The notes: generated by a model not told the origin, from the letters alone. A DNA stretch of 32,280 nucleotides from a virus (IMGVR_UViG_3300025375_000012:1-32280), one strand, 5' to 3'; counted from the first letter of the stretch, positions 16,269 through 26,526 are shown. Program-made: numbers and translations.

Positions 16269-16502
16269 TTAGTGTTGACTCACTTCTTTAGCATCTTGAA
16301 CATCTTTTTCCAGATCATCTTTTAGCATTTTCAGGAATGCATCTTTACCAACTTGCAATTGTTGCAGTTGAAAAGTGGTTGATCCAATCTTTCGATCCAA
16401 ATCAATACAATGATTCAGCATCAAAGTTTGTTGTTCTGTAAAAGTATTAGCATCAAATTCAATGCCGTCCAGAGTTACGATTTGGGGTTTTTTGGTTTCC
16501 AT
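16269..16502 (-). CDS. Hypothetical small coiled-coil protein (tail-associated)
   Basis: 77 aa, AAGGA RBS, VTLDGIEF followed by a heptad helix. Confidence 0.75.
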   Translation of the reverse strand: METKKPQIVTLDGIEFDANTFTEQQTLMLNHCIDLDRKIGSTTFQLQQLQVGKDAFLKMLKDDLEKDVQDAKEVSQH

Positions 16503-16711
16503 ATCGTGTTTCCTTTCAATATGCTGTCAGGATCGGTTGACAGCTCCCCGTTTTTCTCACGCCATTGTAAGCAATAGACTCTTCGCTGATATACATTGCC
16601 TGTCCATTGCCACCGGATGCACTCGTACTTTTTCTCTGCGCTTGCTGGTGTCAGCATGAGCGCAAAGAGAAGTGCAAACTTAGGCAGACCAAGGCAGCGC
16701 AGGTTGTACAA
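16475..16711 (-). CDS. Possible secreted Cys/Trp peptide (start uncertain)
   Basis: KFALLFALMLTPASA|EKKYECIRWQWTGNVYQRRVYCLQW has a signal-peptide-like ASA site and 2 Cys. It fills the gap between genes but has no clean ATG start. Confidence 0.45.
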   Translation of the reverse strand: MYNLRCLGLPKFALLFALMLTPASAEKKYECIRWQWTGNVYQRRVYCLQWREKNGELSTDPDSILKGNTIWKPKNPKS

Positions 16712-17003
16712 CGGGAGGGTTAATCAGGTTGGCAATCTGGGTCTGCACAGCAGCCTCCGTAGCAGCTTTATCCACACCACCCGACCAAATCCAGCCAAGC
16801 ACTTGGTCTTGCGTCAATTGAGCGTAGGGCGTATATGGCATACCAGCCGAGTAGGTGACGCCGCAGGTGCTGTACACGCTGGCGTTGTGGGTGTCTTGCA
16901 CACCGGAGCAAGTCCAGTGAATGGTAAAGACGACATCGGCTTGACCCTCTGCTTGAGGGTAGGCGTCCATCGCATTTACAGACCAAGTGATTGTTGCAGT
17001 CAT
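16680..17003 (-). CDS. Tail-fibre-associated hypothetical protein
   Basis: 107 aa, AAGGA RBS, TPYAQLTQDQVLGW...PALPW pattern, directly downstream of the fibre. Confidence 0.8.
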   Translation of the reverse strand: MTATITWSVNAMDAYPQAEGQADVVFTIHWTCSGVQDTHNASVYSTCGVTYSAGMPYTPYAQLTQDQVLGWIWSGGVDKAATEAAVQTQIANLINPPVVQPALPWSA

Positions 17004-17018
17004 GATTTTTCCTTTGAG

Positions 17019-20000
17019 TTAAGCGATGCCTGCGGCTGCAAGGCGTTTACGAAGGTCTTGGATTTCCTTGACCAGCATGGGGACAAGTTTGGAGTAGTCC
17101 ACAGCCATCATTTCTTCTGGGTCGGCAGGTTGATGCACAGCCTCTGGAGCCACGGTTACAAGCTCTTGGGCAATGAAGCCAGCACGTTGGTGCGTATGGT
17201 CTGCCTTCCAGTCGTAGCTGCGAACTTGGATGGCATCAATGACGTTACCAAACTCAGGTGCATCAACAATGTTTTCTTTCAGTCGCTGATCGGATGTGAC
17301 GTTATACAAAACTGCTGTTGTACCGGATTGGGTAATTGAGCCGATGCCTCCACCAGCATAACCAAACAAAGCATAAGCTGCTCCAGAACCTGTACCAGAA
17401 GGATGACCTAGACCAATAGTTCCAGCAGGGTAAATTTGAACGCCATCACCATAGTTGCTTGCCGATGTTTTCCCTACCAACAGGTTACCACTAGCATCCA
17501 GCGTCATTGCCTGCGTAAAGGTAATGGCGTTACCTGCTGTGCCGGAGGGGGCGTTGTACCAAGAATGTGCGCCTGAAATTTGACGATATTTGGTCGCGTA
17601 ATCTGAGCCTAAATACAGTTCATTTGTACCGTTAAAGTAAAAGTTTGCCCCAAAATCTGAAAAACTATATGTTCCAGTGCTGCCTTGCCATGAAGCACCT
17701 AATCCAACTTGAATAGCTTTTCTTGAAGTTACCCAAGCACTAGGAGTAACACCTAGTCCAAGGTTGCCGCTGGAGTCAAGGGTGGCATTTAGTACGCTGT
17801 TGGTATACATACGCAATGCTGCTGCGCCCGTAGTACCGATGCCTAAGTTGTAAGTGCTGAGTGTATAAAGTTCGCCTTGTCCGCCAGCAAAAGCACCACC
17901 AACACCAGCCAAGATTGCAGAATTACCTGCGCCAAGTCGGGTTACGCCGTTTACATCCAGCTTATAAGCAGGAGAACTTGTACCAATACCAAGCCCTGTG
18001 CTGGTAAGGCGCATTTGTTCGGAGCCGCCAATATAGAAAACATCCGCTGTACCGCCAAACTGATAAAGCGGATTACCAGCAGAGTCGTATGCGTTCAAAA
18101 TGTCCGCTGCACTGCTTCCCAAATAAACGCCATTGGTGCTTCCGTTGTATCGCAAATAAACTGCAAAAGGCTCGCTTGCACCAATAAATTTGGAACGTCC
18201 ATTGGCTGTTACTGTTCCAGTAGTTGCAAAATTAGTCCCATCAAACGTCAGCGCACTACCAGTCGTGACCACCTTGGAGCCATTGAGGTATGCAACACCG
18301 TTCGCAGTGCCACCAGACAAAGTAAGGTTGCCCGATACGGTTTCGCTGGTTACGCTGCTAGTCCCACCAGATACGTTTGTTGCCGTGGTCGCAGTCGCAG
18401 CATTGCCGCCGATAGACAAGCCAGCAGCCGTACCTGTAATGTTTGTACCCACCAAAGCACTAGGAGTTCCCAGGGCAGGCGTTACCAGCGTAGGAGAAGT
18501 AGATAGTACAACGCCTCCAGTTCCAGTCGAGGTAGTTACACCAGTGCCACCATTTGCAACCGCCAAAGTTCCAACAACATTTGCCGCTTGGACAAAATAA
18601 TTCTGCTGGTTGATATAAATTTGACCATTGGGTGAGTTTGAATAAGATACAACGCCAACTTTTACAGGATAACCAGTTGGAGGAATCGTATTCATTACCT
18701 GACCGGCAGAATAAGGGCTCAAATAAAGAATATCACCAACAGCATAGGTGCCAGTGCTTAAACCAGCAACAACACCAGCAGTTGTTACATATCCAACAGT
18801 TCCGGTAGGTATAGCTTGATTAGCCATTCCAATCACAACGGAAGTAGAAATAGAGTCAGCTTTAGCCAATGCAACATTTGGATAAATTTGACCGCTTGCA
18901 GTTGACGTTATGTAAACAGGCGCACCAGCAGCAATTGTTGATCCGGTGCTGTTCAATACGCGCAATTGAATTTCTTGACCAATATGAATCGTGTTGTTTG
19001 TAACTACATTGTTAAAAGACAAAGAATCTTGGGTCGAGTCGTACCAAAAACGGCCAGAGTTATAAGAAGGAGCCGTGGTAGAAGTAAAGTTTAAATAAGG
19101 CGCTGAATTACCAACAACAGCACCAGACAAAGTGGGCGTTACAAGTGTTGCGCTTGTAGAAAGTACAACAGAGCCCGTACCTGTAGATGTAGTCACGCCC
19201 GTACCACCGTTTGCAACAGGCAAAGCAGTACCAGAATAAGTAATAGCCAGTGTTCCGCTGGTAGTAATGGGACTACCGCTAATAGACAAGAATGCCGGAA
19301 CAGTTGCGGCAACAGAAGTTACTGTTCCACCAGAATTCGTGCTATTAATGGTTTGATTGGGCCAAGTTCCAGTAATTGATATGTTAGTACCAGCAACAAG
19401 AGCAGGAGTAGCTGTTCCAGTTCCGCCATTAGCAACAGGCAGCAATCCAGTAACACCAGTTGTTAAAGGCAAGCCAGTTAGATTAGACGCAACACCAGAA
19501 ACAGGAGTTCCCAAAGCTGGGGTTACAAGTGTTGGCGATGTAGACAGCACTACAGAACCTGTTCCAGTGGAGGTTGTTACGCCAGTTCCACCATTGCCAA
19601 CAGCAACAATGCCAGTGACATTTGATGATGTACCAGAAACACTTCCTTGAATCTGAGAAGCAAAAGTCTTGATTCCAGCAATAGTTTGATTGCTAGTCAG
19701 GTCTACATATAAAGTAGAACCAGTTAACTTAGTCCATGTACCAACTTGGTTAAACCAAATAGATTCAGGTGCTGTATCTGTTTGAATATACAGTTGACCA
19801 GTCAAACCAAGACCAGATGCAGGAGTTCCTGTACCGCTAAGAACAGGAAGACCACTGGAATAAGAGAATTGACCAGGTGTAGACCAAGTAATAGCCGTAG
19901 ACGAACGAGAATTTACCAGACCAATAGAAACCCACACAGTTGCTGTAGGGCTTGCAGGAACAGCGGAAGACCAGCCAGTAGGAGCAGTTCCGGTGTTGGT

Positions 20001-20183
20001 TGTAAAGTCCCAGCTTCCGCCAGTAGGTGTGGCTGGTTGCAAGTTGGCAGTCTGAAAAACAAACCACTCAAAATATGTTCCACCAAATACCGTATTGTTT
20101 CCGTACAGGCCGGAAGTCTCAGAACCAGAAGGCAGGGCTACATTGCTTGCTGCTGTGTTTCCATATAGGCCACTTGTCGCCAT
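17019..20183 (-). CDS. Tail fibre/spike protein 1 with C-terminal intramolecular chaperone (peptidase S74)
   Basis: 1054 aa, G/T/S-rich, with LPVANGGTG repeats and LGIGTSSP. C-terminal TSDQRLKENI...GFIAQEL...VDYSKLVPMLVKEIQDL. Confidence 0.92.
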   Translation of the reverse strand: MATSGLYGNTAASNVALPSGSETSGLYGNNTVFGGTYFEWFVFQTANLQPATPTGGSWDFTTNTGTAPTGWSSAVPASPTATVWVSIGLVNSRSSTAITWSTPGQFSYSSGLPVLSGTGTPASGLGLTGQLYIQTDTAPESIWFNQVGTWTKLTGSTLYVDLTSNQTIAGIKTFASQIQGSVSGTSSNVTGIVAVGNGGTGVTTSTGTGSVVLSTSPTLVTPALGTPVSGVASNLTGLPLTTGVTGLLPVANGGTGTATPALVAGTNISITGTWPNQTINSTNSGGTVTSVAATVPAFLSISGSPITTSGTLAITYSGTALPVANGGTGVTTSTGTGSVVLSTSATLVTPTLSGAVVGNSAPYLNFTSTTAPSYNSGRFWYDSTQDSLSFNNVVTNNTIHIGQEIQLRVLNSTGSTIAAGAPVYITSTASGQIYPNVALAKADSISTSVVIGMANQAIPTGTVGYVTTAGVVAGLSTGTYAVGDILYLSPYSAGQVMNTIPPTGYPVKVGVVSYSNSPNGQIYINQQNYFVQAANVVGTLAVANGGTGVTTSTGTGGVVLSTSPTLVTPALGTPSALVGTNITGTAAGLSIGGNAATATTATNVSGGTSSVTSETVSGNLTLSGGTANGVAYLNGSKVVTTGSALTFDGTNFATTGTVTANGRSKFIGASEPFAVYLRYNGSTNGVYLGSSAADILNAYDSAGNPLYQFGGTADVFYIGGSEQMRLTSTGLGIGTSSPAYKLDVNGVTRLGAGNSAILAGVGGAFAGGQGELYTLSTYNLGIGTTGAAALRMYTNSVLNATLDSSGNLGLGVTPSAWVTSRKAIQVGLGASWQGSTGTYSFSDFGANFYFNGTNELYLGSDYATKYRQISGAHSWYNAPSGTAGNAITFTQAMTLDASGNLLVGKTSASNYGDGVQIYPAGTIGLGHPSGTGSGAAYALFGYAGGGIGSITQSGTTAVLYNVTSDQRLKENIVDAPEFGNVIDAIQVRSYDWKADHTHQRAGFIAQELVTVAPEAVHQPADPEEMMAVDYSKLVPMLVKEIQDLRKRLAAAGIA

Positions 20184-20192
20184 ATTAAATCC

Positions 20193-21176
20193 TTATTTGT
20201 ACGAATAACGGTATGAACGAGGCTGATATTCAGATGTAAGGTGCTGGTCTCCACCACGCCACTTGCCTTTGTAGTTCTGATCTTCAATCAAACCATAAGC
20301 AGCATCAAAACGAACATCCCATTTAGCAGACTCATCGGAGTTTTTGTTCTTGTCGTAATAAGCCGACAAAGTACCGTACAAGTATCCTTCTGGGAACGAA
20401 GAAAGTACAGCATTAGATTGAACCAATGGATTCAAAGAATCGGTAGTCAAGCTAAACAAGAATGGGAATGTCTTGTTGTAATACGCTTTGATTTGTACGT
20501 TAGCTCCAGGATTTGGAGTAAATACATAATTAGGGCCAACTTCAGAGAATGATGCACGAATAACCCGTGGCACACCAAAAGGGCGCAAATAAAGTTGGTC
20601 AATCATTCGACGACGAATAATCTCACGGTCTCCAACGCGGTCATAAATAATCCAAGGGCCAACATTGGTTGCGCCAGCGGGTTGATTCTGAGGTTGCGTA
20701 TCTTGGAAGAACAGAATAGGTGAGTTCATATCCGAAGGGATAGGAGCCATACCCTGATCGTTTGTAGTCAAGATCGTAGGAGTTGTAGTCGTGTAAGGAT
20801 CGGAACGCAGTGCTGGCAGCTCAATAGTGCGCATTTTTAGCTCGCACATTTGAATGCAAGACATAATTTCCATAGAAGACTGTGTTGGCAGCTTCAGAAT
20901 CGTCACAGGAGTCGTTAAACCCGTCCATACGCCGTCTGGATCGTTAACCGTGATGGTTGTACTGGAAACGGCGATAACCGCAGCATACGGCCCCTGAACG
21001 CTTGGGCCAATAAAGTCACCAACAAGGACAGTTCCAACAGGAGTTGCTGAAGTGGTGATAACGCCGGTAGTCGTGTTAATTGCAGTGGCAGTGATTGTCA
21101 GAGCAGAAGGTATAGCACCTACCCATTGAGCTATGCGGCTAACAAGCGAATTAGCTGATTGAATGAATAGTGCCAT
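20193..21176 (-). CDS. Head-tail adaptor / tail tubular protein A-like
   Basis: 327 aa located after the capsid region, with C-terminal FPEGYLYGTL...W...F pattern. Confidence 0.65.
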   Translation of the reverse strand: MALFIQSANSLVSRIAQWVGAIPSALTITATAINTTTGVITTSATPVGTVLVGDFIGPSVQGPYAAVIAVSSTTITVNDPDGVWTGLTTPVTILKLPTQSSMEIMSCIQMCELKMRTIELPALRSDPYTTTTPTILTTNDQGMAPIPSDMNSPILFFQDTQPQNQPAGATNVGPWIIYDRVGDREIIRRRMIDQLYLRPFGVPRVIRASFSEVGPNYVFTPNPGANVQIKAYYNKTFPFLFSLTTDSLNPLVQSNAVLSSFPEGYLYGTLSAYYDKNKNSDESAKWDVRFDAAYGLIEDQNYKGKWRGGDQHLTSEYQPRSYRYSYK

Positions 21177-21185
21177 GTTGTAACC

Positions 21186-21680
21186 TTATTTTGTAGGTAT
21201 TGCAGGATTATACGGAAGCGGGATTTTCCCACTTGGGTGACATACAAAATCTCTGTAATATTCATTAACAATGGCGTAGAAAAGAATTTTGTCCTTCTTG
21301 TCCATTTTAATCAATTCCCAGGGGCGATTGCCAAACCATTTGGATGAGATTTCATGTGCAAAGCATTTGGGCAATTGCATCATGTGAGCAGTTCCAGCAA
21401 AGAATGGGTTATCAGTGCCATGAATCTTGTGGAATTCTCGACGTTCTTTGCAAAACTGTCGAACTTCTTCTACATTTTTTTGTTCGTATTGAACGTATCG
21501 CTCACCGTCAACAGCACCAACTTTATAGTTAATGTTGTCTGTGTTGAAAGTTTGAGACCAATTCTTTGACTTAACTTTATTGAAGAGTTTGTCGTTTTTT
21601 CTCAAAACACCTTCAACACCTGCCTCCAAGATTCCCTCAGAGTAGTATTTCTCGTTAACTTTTACTTCATCATCTTCCAT
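21186..21680 (-). CDS. Hypothetical protein (head/tail region)
   Basis: 164-aa ATG ORF with a GGAG RBS. Confidence 0.8.
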   Translation of the reverse strand: MEDDEVKVNEKYYSEGILEAGVEGVLRKNDKLFNKVKSKNWSQTFNTDNINYKVGAVDGERYVQYEQKNVEEVRQFCKERREFHKIHGTDNPFFAGTAHMMQLPKCFAHEISSKWFGNRPWELIKMDKKDKILFYAIVNEYYRDFVCHPSGKIPLPYNPAIPTK

Positions 21681-21695
21681 TTTTATTCTCCATGC

Positions 21696-21731
21696 TTTCC
21701 AAAGAAGGCTGTTGCCAACCTTCTTCAGAAA
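21696..21731 (-). terminator. GNRA-capped hairpin after the capsid gene (attenuator or mRNA stabiliser)
   Basis: Minus strand TTTCTG-AAGAAGGTTG-GCAA-CAGCCTTCTT-TGGAAA. The U-tract is weak. Confidence 0.6.
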
Positions 21732-21742
21732 CCCTTAGAGGA

Positions 21743-22906
21743 TTACAGGTAACGCTGCACTTGGGTAGAAGCGCGAGGAGCCGTCACAGTAGCACCAGTT
21801 GGCGAGATACCAGACAGTACGCCCACACCAGCGGGGTTACGCACAATCAAAGTACCTTCCATGATGTACTGATCCAAGGAAGCGTCAGCAGAGCTAAACA
21901 CTTCATTGTTTGGGCCGAGTTCACGCAACGAACCCCACTGGATAACGTCAGGGTTCATAAACAGAACCGAGTTGTTATCCGAACCAGTTTGATCCATGAC
22001 CCAAGAGTCGTCGATCTGGTAGGTGTAGTTGAAGTCACCTTCATAAGTGCCAATCGTGTCGCCCTTGTCAGCAGGGTTAAAACGGTTGATCGAACGGCTG
22101 GTAGGCAGTTGGTCACTGATATGGGTACGCATCGACGTAGGAACAACCATATTGGTGATCTTGGCGTTGAAGCGCTGTTCAGCAGTCGTTACCAATTGCT
22201 TGTACAGGAAGGGGCTGAACTGTTGAAGAGTTTGACCCGATGCAAACGAGAAGTAACCCAGACCGGCATTAGCCAACACACCGTTGAAAGGCTGGTTGGT
22301 GCTGGTGGTAGAGGTAACATCATTGCCGTCAGAAGTAGCCAAGTTCAGCACTGCGGTGCCGCTGGTGGGGTTACCAGAGCGAGTACCAGCATAGGAGAAC
22401 AAGGAACCAAAACGACGACCAGAGTTAACGGTAGCAGAACCGGAAGGTTGCGTACCGGCTTGACCGCTGTACTTGATGGAAGCGCCGTCAGCACGAACCA
22501 TTTGCAGTTCAACGTCAAACATAATTTCAGTCAATTGCTTGACTTCTTGGTATGCCTGGGGATCGCCACCAGCTTGTTCTACAGCACGGGCAGTGCCGGT
22601 AGCACCAATCGTGGTCGTGAAAATCTGTGTGTAGTTACCGATGTTTGCACGGGTGTTAGAAGCAGCGTCAGAAGAAGACACAGCAGCGCCTTCCAACTTT
22701 GCATTCAGCACAGGAGTACGGTAGTAATCCACGGGCCAGATGTGCAGAGTCGAATTAACTTTGCGTTTTTTGCTCATAGCCATGTTAGTGATCGGGGTAC
22801 GATCTTTAACATAGTTAGAAACGGTCATATCGAGGTCTTTGACAACGATATCGGTGGTATACGAGCCATTGCCGTTACCAAGCGAGGTAGAGGTGATAGT
22901 AGACAT
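21743..22906 (-). CDS. Major capsid protein (DUF5309/SU10-like)
   Basis: 387 aa following the scaffold gene. HIWPVD...NAKLEG...NYTQIF...AYQEVKQL..I..DVE...YEGDF...EGTLIVRNP. Strong codon bias. Confidence 0.9.
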   Translation of the reverse strand: MSTITSTSLGNGNGSYTTDIVVKDLDMTVSNYVKDRTPITNMAMSKKRKVNSTLHIWPVDYYRTPVLNAKLEGAAVSSSDAASNTRANIGNYTQIFTTTIGATGTARAVEQAGGDPQAYQEVKQLTEIMFDVELQMVRADGASIKYSGQAGTQPSGSATVNSGRRFGSLFSYAGTRSGNPTSGTAVLNLATSDGNDVTSTTSTNQPFNGVLANAGLGYFSFASGQTLQQFSPFLYKQLVTTAEQRFNAKITNMVVPTSMRTHISDQLPTSRSINRFNPADKGDTIGTYEGDFNYTYQIDDSWVMDQTGSDNNSVLFMNPDVIQWGSLRELGPNNEVFSSADASLDQYIMEGTLIVRNPAGVGVLSGISPTGATVTAPRASTQVQRYL

Positions 22907-22921
22907 AATAAATCCTAAAAA

Positions 22922-24031
22922 TTAACGCTTGCGTTTATTGGATGCAAGCATGGTTGCTAAAAGTTCCCGAGTCGCATTCTTATCGCCAGAATTTGCCTTC
23001 TTTTGCAGAGCTTCAACCTTGTCTTCAGGAGCAGTCTTAGACTTTGCCACTGATTTATTGGACGCTGCCAACGAACCACCAGCATTCTTGACAATTGGCC
23101 CCTCACGGAACTTCATGCCATCTCGTACAAGACCTAACAGATATTCATCACTGGATACCAAATCAATGTTTGGAACACCAGGAACAAACGATCCATTTGC
23201 ACCTTTCCAGTCCTTTGCCAACTTATCTCGAAGTTCGGCAAAGTTTGCCTTGTTTGCCAATTCTTTGTCTGTAAATGATTGACGAGATTTCTCAAGTGCT
23301 TCTTTTACATACTCAGTACGAGCCTGATAGAACTGATTAACTTTAGGCCGACTTTCCGTAATGAAATCTGACTTCTGTTTAATCAACGCTGCATTCTGTC
23401 GAATTGCTGCTTCAGCTTCGCTACGTTGAACTTCAGTAGTCGCGTTATCTCGGATTTGCTGCCATTGCTGGTTATATTGTTGCAAGGTTACTAATTCGTT
23501 TGCTGCTGTTTCCAGTTGCGGAACGATAGTAAATTCAAGCCCAATCTGCAAACCGTCCAATTCACCACGGCGTTTACTTTCATACTCTTCAAAATCAGCG
23601 CGTTCAGCTTTAAGCTTACGAGCATTTTCATGGATAGCGCTTCCTTGACCCAGAATAGCCGCCGCACGACTTGCCGTCATCTCTACAAAGCCGCCTTCTG
23701 CTTCTTTGTTCGGAATCTTTAGCATTACGTTCGGATTTTGCTCTGCAAAGTCCAGAAAATTAACCGCTTCGTTTACTCCATCGGAGGACTCTTCGTTATT
23801 TTCAGAATCTACAGTTTCTGTATCCTCAGAATTACCATCTTCAGGTTCAGCACCATTTTCAGGAGCCGCCTCGGGGGAGGTTTTACCCTCTTGTCCCGCT
23901 GGAGGTGGTGAACTGCTTTCGGGTTGCGGATTGTTACGCTTGTTAGCGGCAATCATTGCAGCGATAGCATCCACTGGATTCACGCTACCAGTTTGCTCAG
24001 GGGCGGTCGATTGCTCGATTACGTCTAACAT
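22922..24031 (-). CDS. Scaffolding protein
   Basis: Acidic disordered N-terminus, coiled-coil middle and basic C-terminus. Lies between portal and capsid. Confidence 0.8.
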   Translation of the reverse strand: MLDVIEQSTAPEQTGSVNPVDAIAAMIAANKRNNPQPESSSPPPAGQEGKTSPEAAPENGAEPEDGNSEDTETVDSENNEESSDGVNEAVNFLDFAEQNPNVMLKIPNKEAEGGFVEMTASRAAAILGQGSAIHENARKLKAERADFEEYESKRRGELDGLQIGLEFTIVPQLETAANELVTLQQYNQQWQQIRDNATTEVQRSEAEAAIRQNAALIKQKSDFITESRPKVNQFYQARTEYVKEALEKSRQSFTDKELANKANFAELRDKLAKDWKGANGSFVPGVPNIDLVSSDEYLLGLVRDGMKFREGPIVKNAGGSLAASNKSVAKSKTAPEDKVEALQKKANSGDKNATRELLATMLASNKRKR

Positions 24032-24046
24032 AGTTTATCTCATTTC

Positions 24047-24364
24047 TTAAAGGTTAGATTTAACAGTTACTTTGCCGAGATATTCTTGTTGTTCAACAAA
24101 ATATATAAAGTCTCGGACTCCAGCTACATAATGTGCATTAGTAATACGTTCATTGTCATCCTTACTGTCTTCAAGCCTTTCAAGCATTTGAAAGCGGTAA
24201 AGATTAAACATCAATGCAAAATCCTCATTTGCCATGAGGCGACCGGCTTTTTCGCCGTTTTCAATTACTAGAGTTCTTCGTGTTACATCCGCTTCCTTTC
24301 TTGTATCAACAATTTTAGTTCGTTTATTAAAGTAACTGCGAATATTCAATACTAAGCTTTTCAT
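24047..24364 (-). CDS. Hypothetical protein (post-portal)
   Basis: 105-aa ATG ORF with an AAGGA RBS. Confidence 0.75.
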   Translation of the reverse strand: MKSLVLNIRSYFNKRTKIVDTRKEADVTRRTLVIENGEKAGRLMANEDFALMFNLYRFQMLERLEDSKDDNERITNAHYVAGVRDFIYFVEQQEYLGKVTVKSNL

Positions 24365-24372
24365 TTCAATCC

Positions 24373-26526
24373 TTAATCAATTTCTTCAGCACTAAGACGA
24401 CCACGTTTAGCAGCCAATGCTTCAAAGTAATCATCAGTATCCATGTCTTGCGTTTTACGCTTGGTGAATGCTGTGTTTGCTGCAATCTCTTCAGTCTTAG
24501 CAGTGTTAACTGCAACTTTGGAACTGATTTCTTGCTGCTCTGGGCTTGGAGGCTGCTGAGATTTAGCTTGAGCAATCTTTGTGGCTTCTTCCATAGTTGG
24601 CAAATAGCTATCTACGTCCTTAACGCCCAATACTCGCAAGGTGTCTTCAAAAGGCTTGCGTACTTTGACGAATAGCTCTGGAACCGATGGGTCAATTTGC
24701 ATCATTGCCTGAGCAAATGCAGCTTGCGCCTGACCAATCAATTGTTGACGGGTAAGACGGTTCTCATCAGACAGGAATCCAAGAGCCAAATCAATGTTAA
24801 TCATTCGGCGGTCAATGAATTCAAAGTTCTGAACAGAAATAGCGTCCATGAATGGTTTGCCTTGAGCGCATACGCCAGCCAATTGTTGAATGTTGTAGTC
24901 GTCAGAGTATTGAACCAGGGTTTTCCAGACAATGTAGATTACATCGCGCAAACCAATGGCACAGTTCTTAACCATCTCGTCTTGAATGAGCTGATTTGGC
25001 CCCATAGCCAGTTGCAGCTTAAATCCACTGTTGCCATCCTTCATAACTTCAGGATTCATAACATCGCCAGGGCTAGTCATACCAATCATTGCCATCTTGT
25101 CAGCTTCAAAACGCTGCATAGACGATTCAACGTAGGCCAAGTTACCTTGCAATGGTGCAAACTGGAAAACGTGCTTATTAGGATCAAACTTACGATCCAA
25201 AACAAACATAGCGCTTACACCGCGCTGGATTTCTTCTGCGTCGATAAACTCTGGATTTACACCAATGCGAGGTGTAGACGATTGCATCGCAAACGACATC
25301 TCTGCACGGGCAATAGCAGTTGCATACTCTTGCATAGGCACAAGACGTTCTGCCAAAGAGTAACCAAAGAAGTTGCCAGTAATGGGCTTGGGGCACATTG
25401 AGGCCAAAGGAATGAAATCCACTTCCTTGACGTACAAAACATACGATCCAGAAAAGCAAACTTCAACAATTTCTTCTTCGCCATCGCCATCTACGTCTTT
25501 ACGAATCCATGCCGTAGTCAGCATGATGACTCGGCTATAGCGGTCAGCGCCAGCAGAGGCTACAACACCCTGACCAGGCACAGGAGTAGAGTCACGGGCA
25601 TGAAGTGCAAGATCGTTTTCCAAAGCGCCAGCTTGATAAGCTCCAGCAGGGCCGTAAGCAGCGTGATCTGCCAGTTTCTCAAGGTCAACAAAAGGAAATT
25701 GAGCCTTGCATTCGTGAATCGTCATTGGATCGTAAAAGCCAACAAAGTCTTGATCCTGAATGCCTGAGATTGTGGGGTTACAGACAAAATAATGCTGTGC
25801 AACGTGCTTAACTCGAACGGTGGTGGAGTATCCAGTAAGCTTGTATTGAGCTTTGTAGACTTTATTCTTTTCCAAGGCATTGGATACTTGTTGACCAGAA
25901 GGTTCACCATTAGCAGAAGCCTGTTGCATTGCTCCTTGCAGGTCAACATCAGCCAATTTCATCTCTTGACGTTTGGCAGTAAGACCTTTTTCGCCAGCCA
26001 TCGTTTCAAATACGCGCAATTGATCTTTAGTGCCAGTAACTTCCTTATATTGCGTAATAGGTTCACGCACAGGGGAGACCATCACAATGCCGTTTTTGTG
26101 CAACAAGGAATCTTGTGCCCAGTCCCGAATGATTTGGTAGGAATCATTGCGGCTATTGAGCATATATTTGACCATTTCAGTCGCTTGATTGGACTGATCT
26201 GTGTCTTGTTCGCTAAAGCGTTCAAACTCAAAGTTAACTTTGCCATTAGGCATCAAGCACTTAGTAATAATTGCCGTAGCGTAATCAACACCAGGGGTTA
26301 CTACAGGGTGAATGTAGTCAATGCCTCGGATTGGCTCTGTAGAATTGCTTACGGCAATATTCAGATAATGGTAATCAGAAAGACGGTTGAACGTATTCTT
26401 GGCTTGCGTGAGTCGCAAGTAATCAACCATTTTTAGATAAACTTCATGGGCAACTTGGAATTCAATACCCTTGTTGCCAGCCGGTGCTTCAATGTAAGGC
26501 ACGATCAGATTTTGACGATCAAGCAT
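24373..26526 (-). CDS. Portal protein
   Basis: 717 aa after TerL, with DSLLHKNGIV, DVDGDGEEE, FFGYSLAERLVPMQ and a Q/P-rich C-terminus. Confidence 0.9.
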   Translation of the reverse strand: MLDRQNLIVPYIEAPAGNKGIEFQVAHEVYLKMVDYLRLTQAKNTFNRLSDYHYLNIAVSNSTEPIRGIDYIHPVVTPGVDYATAIITKCLMPNGKVNFEFERFSEQDTDQSNQATEMVKYMLNSRNDSYQIIRDWAQDSLLHKNGIVMVSPVREPITQYKEVTGTKDQLRVFETMAGEKGLTAKRQEMKLADVDLQGAMQQASANGEPSGQQVSNALEKNKVYKAQYKLTGYSTTVRVKHVAQHYFVCNPTISGIQDQDFVGFYDPMTIHECKAQFPFVDLEKLADHAAYGPAGAYQAGALENDLALHARDSTPVPGQGVVASAGADRYSRVIMLTTAWIRKDVDGDGEEEIVEVCFSGSYVLYVKEVDFIPLASMCPKPITGNFFGYSLAERLVPMQEYATAIARAEMSFAMQSSTPRIGVNPEFIDAEEIQRGVSAMFVLDRKFDPNKHVFQFAPLQGNLAYVESSMQRFEADKMAMIGMTSPGDVMNPEVMKDGNSGFKLQLAMGPNQLIQDEMVKNCAIGLRDVIYIVWKTLVQYSDDYNIQQLAGVCAQGKPFMDAISVQNFEFIDRRMINIDLALGFLSDENRLTRQQLIGQAQAAFAQAMMQIDPSVPELFVKVRKPFEDTLRVLGVKDVDSYLPTMEEATKIAQAKSQQPPSPEQQEISSKVAVNTAKTEEIAANTAFTKRKTQDMDTDDYFEALAAKRGRLSAEEID

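Noticed and set aside
10367-20183. Diversity-generating retroelement or invertible tail-fibre cassette
   Set aside because: No reverse transcriptase or invertase gene, and I saw no adenine-specific TR/VR pair or inverted crossover sites. The repeats are synonymously diverged coding repeats.
21692-22918. 408-aa + strand ORF antisense to the capsid gene
   Set aside because: It shadows the capsid gene codon for codon. Strong codon bias in highly expressed genes removes antisense stops. No RBS or protein-like motifs.
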